From Bacillales bacterium UBA4691 (GTDB lineage: Bacteria; Bacillota_I; Bacilli_A; RFN20; CAG-826), in the NCBI GenBank assembly GCA_002404865.1, contig DHKP01000028.1:34809-98808 (forward strand): a stretch of 64,000 nt of DNA, given 5' to 3'. Position 1 is the stretch's first letter. Each line of letters begins with the position of its first letter. Under the pieces are notes generated by a model, which saw only the letters and a list, made by a program, of their open reading frames with translations, had not been told where the DNA came from and searched no databases. Shown in pieces: positions 57,325-64,000 of this stretch. The translations under genes were made by a program, and so were the position numbers.

Positions 57325-57651
57325 ATGGCAGTCATAAAAATTGAACGGCGCGATGGCTCTTTCGTAAATTGCGATTTAGACAAAAAAGAGCTCTCTTATT
57401 ACCGATATCACGTTCGTTTCACCAATTCTGAATGGGAGATTTTAAAATACCTTTATGAGCATCGTGGCACCGTAGTGAAGCGAGAAGAATTGATTCATAT
57501 TCTTTGGGGCAATGCTTCGAACAAGGAACCGACTAGAACCGTCGATGTTCACGTTTCTAGTATTCGCAAGAAACTCGCTTATATCAAAGGGGCGCGTCTC
57601 GATAGCATTTATGGAACGGGCTATAAACTCGTTATGCTAAGGCGTTTCTAG
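57325..57651 (+). CDS. Stand-alone OmpR/PhoB-type winged-helix DNA-binding protein (no receiver domain)
   Basis: FTNSEWEILKYLYEHRGTVVKREELIHILWG...TRTVDVHVSSIRKKL...IYGTGYKLV. GAGGAG RBS lies before the ATG at 57325. Confidence 0.8.
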   Translation: MAVIKIERRDGSFVNCDLDKKELSYYRYHVRFTNSEWEILKYLYEHRGTVVKREELIHILWGNASNKEPTRTVDVHVSSIRKKLAYIKGARLDSIYGTGYKLVMLRRF

Positions 57652-57664
57652 TGACGTGTTTCTT

Positions 57665-57689
57665 AGGGTCGTATGACCCTTTTCTTTTT
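57665..57689 (+). terminator. Rho-independent terminator
   Basis: AGGGTC-GTAT-GACCCT followed by TTTCTTTTT. Confidence 0.8.
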
Positions 57690-57820
57690 AGAGACGAGTA
57701 AAGGTTACGCGATGAAACTGATTTACTCCAATTCAGAAAAACCTTGCAAAACTCGATTATGTTTCTTACAAATGATAATAGTTTTTATTTAATTAAGGAG
57801 TTGTGAGATACTTTAATAGT

Positions 57821-59458
57821 ATGGATAATCGGTTTTTTCGTTCCAATGTCGTCTATCAAATTTATCCAAGGAGTTTTTGCGATTCAAATGGCGATGGCAT
57901 TGGTGACATCCCTGGGATTATTTCTAAATTGGATTATCTTCAAGATCTAGGGGTGGGCATTATCTGGCTTTCCCCCGTTTATAAAAGCCCTAACGTTGAT
58001 TTTGGCTATGACATCAGCGACTATTACCAAATCAATCCAGAATACGGCACTTTAGCGGATATGGACAAATTGATCCTCGAAGCGAAAAAACGCAATATCC
58101 GGATTGTCATGGACCTTGTTGTGAATCATACAAGCGATGAACATGCTTGGTTTCAAAAATCGAAAGACGTTCGTTCTCCCTTCCATCAATACTATTATTG
58201 GAGAAAAGGGAGAAACAATAACTCAGAACCTCCTAATAACTGGACGAGCAATTTCGGGGGCAGCGCATGGGAATACGATAAAGAAGCGGATGAATGGTAT
58301 CTTCATCTTTTTTCCAAGAAACAAGTCGATTTGAATTGGCATAATCCCGATGTTTTATTCGAAGTGGAGCGGATCCTTCGCTTTTGGCTTGACCGGGGGG
58401 TTTATGGGTTCCGCTGCGACGTTATTAACCAGATTTGGAAAGAAAGCTTTGAAGATGGTAGGAAAAACGGCTTTATTGTCGGGCAAGAACACTATTTAGA
58501 CAAAGAAGGCAACCACAAAATATTGGAGCGCCTCCATAAAGATGTCTTTTCTCATTATGACTGCATGACGGTTGGCGAAACTTTTAACGTTGATTATGAA
58601 AACGGGAAGCGTTTCACAAATGGCAATGAGCTAGATATGTGTTTTGAATTTGATGCGATGAATGTCGATAAACAAAAGCTGGTCTGCTTTACGAAGAAAT
58701 ACCGCCCTCAAACCTTGAAACAAATTCTCTTTGGCTGGCAAAAGGCATTAGATTGGAACGCGAATTATTTTGAAAACCACGATCAAAGACGTTCCATCAC
58801 TCGTTTTGGCGACAGCAAAAAATACTGGAGAGAATCTGGCAAGATGCTTGCGACGATTCTTTTTACCTTGCGGGGGACGCCCTTTATTTATAACGGGGAA
58901 GAAATCGGGATGACCGACCTAGCGAAACTCACGATTGAAGATTGTTTGGACCCCGTTGATTTTTGGGTTTATGAACTCATGGGCCGTTTCCATTTTCCAC
59001 GTTGGCTCAAGAACCGCCTTCTTAGCAATTTCGCGCGCGACCATGCTAGAACCCCTTTCCAATGGGACAAAACAAAAAACGCTGGGTTTTCCGCTGCGGA
59101 TAAGACGTGGATGAAAGTGAATCCGAATTATTTAACGGTGAATCTAGAGATGGAAAAAGAGGATCCGCGGAGCATTTATCATTACTATAAAGACATTATC
59201 GCCTTAAGGAAATCGACTCCCGCTTTAATATATGGCACGATTGAGCCAATCCCTACCCCTTGTTCCATTATGGCATTTTATCGTATCTACCAAGGCAATA
59301 AGATTTTGGTTCTCGTTAATATGACTCGCCATAAAGTATCGATCCCTAAATCCTTAAGGAGCACAAAAGGAGTGATGTTACTCGCCTCGAATAAAGGAAC
59401 GCAGTATGGCTATAAAGAGCATCTTCGTCCTTTCGAAACGCTTATCGTAAAAGTGTAG
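57821..59458 (+). CDS. GH13 oligo-1,6-glucosidase / alpha-glucosidase
   Basis: VVYQIYPRSF, DLVVNHTSDEH, GFRCDVIN, VGET and FENHDQRR conserved regions. The start is uncertain (ATG 57821 versus GTG 57803). Confidence 0.9.
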   Translation: MDNRFFRSNVVYQIYPRSFCDSNGDGIGDIPGIISKLDYLQDLGVGIIWLSPVYKSPNVDFGYDISDYYQINPEYGTLADMDKLILEAKKRNIRIVMDLVVNHTSDEHAWFQKSKDVRSPFHQYYYWRKGRNNNSEPPNNWTSNFGGSAWEYDKEADEWYLHLFSKKQVDLNWHNPDVLFEVERILRFWLDRGVYGFRCDVINQIWKESFEDGRKNGFIVGQEHYLDKEGNHKILERLHKDVFSHYDCMTVGETFNVDYENGKRFTNGNELDMCFEFDAMNVDKQKLVCFTKKYRPQTLKQILFGWQKALDWNANYFENHDQRRSITRFGDSKKYWRESGKMLATILFTLRGTPFIYNGEEIGMTDLAKLTIEDCLDPVDFWVYELMGRFHFPRWLKNRLLSNFARDHARTPFQWDKTKNAGFSAADKTWMKVNPNYLTVNLEMEKEDPRSIYHYYKDIIALRKSTPALIYGTIEPIPTPCSIMAFYRIYQGNKILVLVNMTRHKVSIPKSLRSTKGVMLLASNKGTQYGYKEHLRPFETLIVKV

Positions 59459-59519
59459 AACGTTTTCTTTTCAAAAAGGAAGACACTCTAGTATGCTATA
59501 GGCGAAAAAGAGGTTAATT

Positions 59520-60002
59520 ATGGAAGAAAGACGGAAAGATAATATTAGCTGGGATGAATATTTTATGGGCATCGCCGTTTTAAGCGCGATGAGAAGCAAA
59601 GACCCTTCCACTCAAGTTGGAGCTTGCATCGTCGATAATAACCACAAAATCGTGTCGGTTGGTTATAATGGCATGCCACGCGGCGTTGATGAAGACAAAA
59701 CCCCTTGGGGGCACGGAGCGGGACTTGATAGCAAATATCTTTATGTTTGCCACGCTGAACTGAATGCGATTTTAAACACCCGCGATGGCCCAGCGCTTAA
59801 TGGCTGCTCTTGCTATGTGACTTTATTCCCGTGCAACGAATGCGCCAAAGCGCTACTACAGGTCGGGATCAAAGAGCTCATTTACAAAGATGACTTCCAT
59901 GGAGACCAAGTTATTTATAAAGCGTCTCGCAAAATCTTAGAAATGGGCGGCGTGAAAATCCGTCAATACATAGGCAAAGACATCAAAATTGCCATTCAAT
60001 AA
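59520..60002 (+). CDS. comEB: dCMP deaminase (ComEB family)
   Basis: Zinc motifs HAELNA and PCNECAK. Confidence 0.88.
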   Translation: MEERRKDNISWDEYFMGIAVLSAMRSKDPSTQVGACIVDNNHKIVSVGYNGMPRGVDEDKTPWGHGAGLDSKYLYVCHAELNAILNTRDGPALNGCSCYVTLFPCNECAKALLQVGIKELIYKDDFHGDQVIYKASRKILEMGGVKIRQYIGKDIKIAIQ

Positions 60003-60044
60003 TCACTCTTTTCGTTTTTTAAGATTCTTTTTAGCATTATCAAA

Positions 60045-60863
60045 ATGAACATCGTCGAAGTCAAAAACTTAACTTATTCCTATTACGAAGGAAGCAAAGT
60101 CCTAGATGGGGTTTCTTTTTCGTTAGTAGAGGGTAGCTACACTTGTCTTATTGGCCATAATGGCTCTGGGAAAAGCACTTTAGCGAAAGTGCTTATGGGG
60201 CTAAATAACAAATTCCAGGGGGAAATCACGATTTTCGGAATGCCTCTTAATCGTGAAAATCTCGGCAAAATCCGCTCAAAAATGGGAATTGTTTTCCAAA
60301 ACCCGGACAACCAATTCGTGGGAACAAGCGTTTGCGACGATATCGCTTTTGGCTTAGAAAACCGGCAAGTCCCCCATCTAGAAATGCAATCGATCATCGA
60401 AACCTACGCAAAAGAAGTGGGAATGGCGGACTTTTTGAACGCTAGCCCTGACAATTTAAGCGGTGGGCAAAAGCAAAGAGTCGCCATTGCAGGGGTTTTG
60501 GCGATGAAACCGAACCTCATCATTTACGATGAAGCGACCTCGATGCTTGACCCAAAAGGAAAAAGAGAGATTTTGTCCTTGACGCAAAAAATGAAAAAGG
60601 AAAACCCTTCTCTTACGATTCTTTCTATCACCCATGATGTAGAGGAAGCCGCAAAAGCCGACCAAGTTCTTGTCCTTAACGAAGGGAAAATTGTCTTGGA
60701 GGGAACCCCTAATGATGTTTTCTCAAATGTCGAAATCTTAAAGCAATGCCATTTAGCTACCCCTTTCTTTTTTGAGCTCCGCGAGGCGCTAAAAAAAGAA
60801 GGCTTCGATATTCCTGCTTCGATTACTGATTTAGCTTCTTTGGAGAGTTATTTATGCAAATAA
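60045..60863 (+). CDS. ecfA1: ECF transporter ATPase component A1
   Basis: Walker A GHNGSGKST, signature LSGGQKQR and Walker B IIYDEATS. Confidence 0.92.
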   Translation: MNIVEVKNLTYSYYEGSKVLDGVSFSLVEGSYTCLIGHNGSGKSTLAKVLMGLNNKFQGEITIFGMPLNRENLGKIRSKMGIVFQNPDNQFVGTSVCDDIAFGLENRQVPHLEMQSIIETYAKEVGMADFLNASPDNLSGGQKQRVAIAGVLAMKPNLIIYDEATSMLDPKGKREILSLTQKMKKENPSLTILSITHDVEEAAKADQVLVLNEGKIVLEGTPNDVFSNVEILKQCHLATPFFFELREALKKEGFDIPASITDLASLESYLCK

Positions 60864-61708
60864 ACTTCCAAAATGTTTCTTATATTTATAACCGCAAATC
60901 CCCTTTCGAATTTGCGGCGCTCAATCATATCAATCTCTCCTTGCCAGAGGGTAAATTCATCGCCTTAGTTGGTAGAACAGGCAGCGGGAAAAGCACTCTA
61001 ATTAGCCATATTAACGCTTTGCTTCGCCCAACGGAAGGGGAAGTCCATATCGGGGATTTTTTAAATGCACCAAAGAACCGTTTAAAGAACAAAGACATCA
61101 AAAATCTCCGCAAACACGTAGGGCTTGTCTTTCAATTCCCCGAATATCAGCTCTTTGAAGAGACCGTAGAAAAAGATGTTGCCTTTGGTCCTAAAAACTT
61201 TGGAGAAACAAATGAAGGCGCACTTGCTCTTGCTCATGACGCCTTAGCGACCGTTGGCTTAGACGAGTCATTTTATCAGCGCTCTCCTTTCGAATTATCG
61301 GGAGGGGAAAAACGAAAAGTCGCTATCGCCGGCGTTATCGCGATGAAACCAGACACGTTGATCGTTGATGAGCCTACCGCGGGGCTAGACCCAGTCGCTG
61401 CGATTGATACCATGAATTTGTTTAAGGGCATTCAAGAAAAAGGAACCTCTTTGATTTTAGTCACCCATGATATGAATATCGTAAGCCGTTATGCGGATTT
61501 GGTTGTTGTGCTTGAAAATGGGGGAATCGCAAAAATCGCTACCCCGAAAGAATTATTTTCTTCGGATTTAGAATCTTATTCCCTTGAACTCCCATTATTA
61601 TACCAAGTCATATCCGATTTAAATCAAAAAGGCATGAATCTTGATATGAATACTATTTCTAACGTGAACGAGCTTGCGGAAGCGCTTAAGGAGAAAAAGC
61701 ATGAATAG
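60854..61708 (+). CDS. ecfA2: ECF transporter ATPase component A2
   Basis: GRTGSGKST, LSGGEKRK and LIVDEPTAGLD. Confidence 0.92.
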   Translation: MQINFQNVSYIYNRKSPFEFAALNHINLSLPEGKFIALVGRTGSGKSTLISHINALLRPTEGEVHIGDFLNAPKNRLKNKDIKNLRKHVGLVFQFPEYQLFEETVEKDVAFGPKNFGETNEGALALAHDALATVGLDESFYQRSPFELSGGEKRKVAIAGVIAMKPDTLIVDEPTAGLDPVAAIDTMNLFKGIQEKGTSLILVTHDMNIVSRYADLVVVLENGGIAKIATPKELFSSDLESYSLELPLLYQVISDLNQKGMNLDMNTISNVNELAEALKEKKHE

Positions 61709-62570
61709 TCTTACCTTAGGCCGCTACGTGCCATATCAATCTTTTGTCCATAAGCTTGATCCTCGCAATAAGATTTATTGTCTTATCGTTCTTATGGTAG
61801 CCATTTTTATGCCGCAAATTAACTACGCGATGACTTTCACGATGGTGGGGATCATGTTTCTATTTTTGCTTTTACTACTTGCGCTCACCCATTCTAGTTT
61901 TCTTTCTTTTTTAAAGAGTCTATCTGGATTATGGTTCATGATGCTCTTCTTATTGATTATTTATATTTTTATCCCTACCTCCAATCAACGTTATCCCGAT
62001 TGGGTCGCTTTCCGTATCGGGGATTTCCCAATCTATTACGAATCTATCTTTGAGGCATTGAAAATCCTTGTCCGCCTTATGCAAATGATCGCCTTGACGA
62101 TGATTTTCACTAGTTCAACAAAACCTTTAGAGATGACAGACGCTTTTGAGTGGTATTTAACCCCTCTAGGCGCATTAGGGTTCCCATCCCACGAAATCGC
62201 GATGATCATTTCGATTGCTCTTCGTTTCATTCCTACCATCCTCGATGATACAAAGCGAATCATGAAAGCCCAAGCGAGCCGCGGTGTTGATTTTGAGCAT
62301 GGGGGGCTCATTACCAAAATCAAATCCATGGTATCGCTGATTGTGCCTTTATTCGTTTCTAGCTTTGTTAGGAGTGAGGATCTAGCGGATGCGATGGAAT
62401 CTAGAGGCTATGACCCAAAAGGGAAAAGAACGAAATATCGCGTGATGCACGCTTCCATTTCTGATTTGTTCGCCTTCCTATTTGCTAGTGCTTTCGCCGC
62501 ATTATTCATCTATACAAGCGTAACTTCTTTTGACGCTTATTCCGTTTTCTTCGGAGTCAACGTGAAATGA
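61701..62570 (+). CDS. ecfT: ECF transporter transmembrane component T
   Basis: CbiQ-like polytopic protein. The ATG follows AAGGAG and overlaps the ecfA2 3' end. Canonical ecfA1-A2-T-truA order. Confidence 0.88.
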   Translation: MNSLTLGRYVPYQSFVHKLDPRNKIYCLIVLMVAIFMPQINYAMTFTMVGIMFLFLLLLLALTHSSFLSFLKSLSGLWFMMLFLLIIYIFIPTSNQRYPDWVAFRIGDFPIYYESIFEALKILVRLMQMIALTMIFTSSTKPLEMTDAFEWYLTPLGALGFPSHEIAMIISIALRFIPTILDDTKRIMKAQASRGVDFEHGGLITKIKSMVSLIVPLFVSSFVRSEDLADAMESRGYDPKGKRTKYRVMHASISDLFAFLFASAFAALFIYTSVTSFDAYSVFFGVNVK

Positions 62571-63310
62571 GCAATTATTTTTGCGTGGTTTCTTATTTAG
62601 GGGCCGCTTATTACGGTTTTGAGCGGCAACGTAACCATCCTACCATCCAAGGGAAGATCGAAGAGTGCCTTAACGCAATACTGCACGAAAAAGTCACCAT
62701 CAATGCCTCGGGAAGAACGGACGCGAAGGTGAACGCAAAAGGGCAAACATTTTCCTTTCGTTCTTCTTCGGTTTTATTAAAGGATGAAGCCCGTTTCCTC
62801 TATGCGATTAATCATGTTTTGCCTAGCGATATTTCGATTCTTTCCGTTAAGGAAGTTCCTGATTCTTTTCACGCTCGATATAGCGCGAAGAAAAAGGCGT
62901 ACTCCTATTCTTTTCATCTTGGGAAGAAAGACCCATTTTTGTGTTACGAAGTGGCAATGCTAGGGGAACGGATATTCGATGAAACTCTTTTTAAAGCTTC
63001 TTGCAAGCTTTTTAAAGGAGAACATAATTTCCAAGATTTCACCCCGAAAAGCGAAGACATGCATTCTTTTACCCGTACGATTTATGATGTTTCTTTTACG
63101 GAAGACCCTTTTACGCATAAAGTATTTTTCACTGGGGAAGGCTTTATGACTTATCAAGTTAGAACAATGGTGGGGGCGGCAATCAAAGTCGCTTTAGGTA
63201 AAATGACCTTAAGCGAATTAGAAGCAAGAATTGATAGTAAAACGCGAAAAATACTTTCATTTAAGGCTCCTGCAGAAGGGCTTTGCTTAGAAAAAGTCTT
63301 TTACGAATAA
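62567..63310 (+). CDS. truA: tRNA pseudouridine(38-40) synthase
   Basis: Catalytic motif SGRTDAKVNA; 247 aa. Confidence 0.9.
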   Translation: MSNYFCVVSYLGAAYYGFERQRNHPTIQGKIEECLNAILHEKVTINASGRTDAKVNAKGQTFSFRSSSVLLKDEARFLYAINHVLPSDISILSVKEVPDSFHARYSAKKKAYSYSFHLGKKDPFLCYEVAMLGERIFDETLFKASCKLFKGEHNFQDFTPKSEDMHSFTRTIYDVSFTEDPFTHKVFFTGEGFMTYQVRTMVGAAIKVALGKMTLSELEARIDSKTRKILSFKAPAEGLCLEKVFYE

Positions 63311-63369
63311 GTGATTGATTTTTACTGTTTTTTCGAATTAAGTTCTTCGTGCGCTTAAGAGCGTTTCTT

Positions 63370-63560
63370 GGCGCGCAATTGAGTACGGATAGCAGCTATT
63401 TTGTTTCTCTCTTACTCGAGAGCTTGCGTGAGTGCATGAAAGAGCCGTAGGGTGCCGGTTTTCGATGCCTTTTAAGCAAGGGAAGACGAATGCTTACTCG
63501 TCTACCGGCCCATAGGTGATTGTGCCGCTGGGTTTTATCTTTTCGATGGAATTGGGCGCG
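63370..63560. ncRNA. Candidate structured RNA of unknown class (strand undetermined)
   Basis: ORF-free, GC-enriched intergenic segment between convergent genes. The closing helix is GGCGCGCAATT (63370-63380) / AATTGGGCGCG (63550-63560). A long inner helix is CCGTAGGGTGCCGG (63445-63458) / CCGGCCCATAGG (63505-63516). The apical hairpin is GACGA-ATGCTTAC-TCGTC (63485-63502). Confidence 0.4.
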
Positions 63561-63632
63561 TCTTTCCTGATTCTCAAATCACATAATTGTCGTCAGAATA
63601 GTCTTCCAAATCGTAAGGAAACGCTGGTGTGA

Positions 63633-63959
63633 TTATGTAATTGATTTTAGCTTTTTTAATAAGCGCGCCGCTCGTTTGATTCTTAAAGCTACTCCATGGA
63701 TAAGCGCTGTTTTTATTTCGCCTGAAAGGTATCGTTTTGCTTCTAGAAAATTTCCACCTACTATTTCGGAAACTGCCTTCAGCCTTTCGATGCTTGCTTT
63801 ATGAGAATCGCAAAGATAGATGGAATATTCCGTTTCATCTTCGACAATTGCCGGAGACGAAGTTGAAGCTATGTTCCATCCACATTTGGGGCATTTAATG
63901 GCTATGCCAGAATCCTCACGTATCGCTTCCATTGTAGTTCCGCATTTTTCACATTTCAT
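63633..63959 (-). CDS. Zinc-ribbon protein with an L7/L12-C-terminal-like domain, function unknown
   Basis: Two CxxC pairs (CEKCG...CPKCG), then LKAVSEIVGGNFLEAKRYL. The ATG overlaps the stop of an upstream gene (ATGA). Confidence 0.65.
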   Translation of the reverse strand: MKCEKCGTTMEAIREDSGIAIKCPKCGWNIASTSSPAIVEDETEYSIYLCDSHKASIERLKAVSEIVGGNFLEAKRYLSGEIKTALIHGVALRIKRAARLLKKLKSIT

Positions 63960-64000
63960 CTTCGATTACTTCCAGGAATGAATTTAATGAATTCACCGAC
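63956..64000 (-). CDS. 3' end of an unidentified gene (remainder outside window)
   Basis: Open frame ...VGEFIKFIPGSNRR* on the minus strand, with its TGA overlapping the downstream ATG. Confidence 0.4.
   Translation of the reverse strand, partial: VGEFIKFIPGSNRR

Noticed and set aside
63330-63600. RNase P RNA, tmRNA, SRP RNA or T-box identity for the truA-downstream element
   Set aside because: The universal hallmarks are missing. CAGGAAAGACG on the minus strand differs from GAGGAAAGUCC and has no matching P4 3' strand. There is no ...UCCACCA 3' end or tag ORF. There is no GGAAGCAGC SRP domain IV. AATTGGGCGCG lacks the UGGUACCGCG core of a T-box, and no gene follows on that strand.

Overview
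64 kb chromosomal window from a low-GC (about 40% by eye) bacterium that uses the standard code (TGA is a stop, W is TGG). The gene content looks like a strict anaerobe of the Bacillota/Mollicutes-like lineages: NfnAB, class III RNR, desulfoferrodoxin, ECF transporters and TM-anchored rather than LPXTG or lipobox surface proteins. That placement is an inference only. I can support about 62 protein genes, most of them housekeeping: gatCAB, galE, nfnAB, nadK, csoR-copA, fba, nrdDG, mscL, cysEK, queT-tgt, gpmA, smpB, folC-folT, ecfA1A2T-truA. I see no rRNA, tRNA, CRISPR array, IS element or integrase. Several ORF-track starts were moved to internal ATGs that have an RBS or an operon junction. Points worth a second look: (1) a G10 tract inside the -35/-10 spacer, with a perfect cre box beside it, upstream of a two-gene surface operon made of a domain-permuted, doubly TM-anchored GH3 glycosidase and a 1029-aa orphan surface protein with an internal duplication; (2) an NrdD fused to a C-terminal CxxC redoxin domain and translationally coupled to a TrxR-like flavoprotein whose NADPH-binding motifs are degenerate; (3) a 191-nt GC-enriched, helix-rich intergenic element downstream of truA that matches no RNA family I can recognise; (4) a decayed AbiE-type toxin-antitoxin locus and a DUF998 gene, all broken at homopolymer runs; (5) a tyrosine-phosphatase-like/Nudix fusion protein behind a perfect 17-bp palindrome; (6) a preQ1-I riboswitch with an expanded loop in front of queT; (7) a copA-copZ fusion that retains an internal Shine-Dalgarno and ATG. 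No convincing complete defense or mobile system is visible. All family assignments rest on motifs read from the translations and need HMM or BLAST confirmation.
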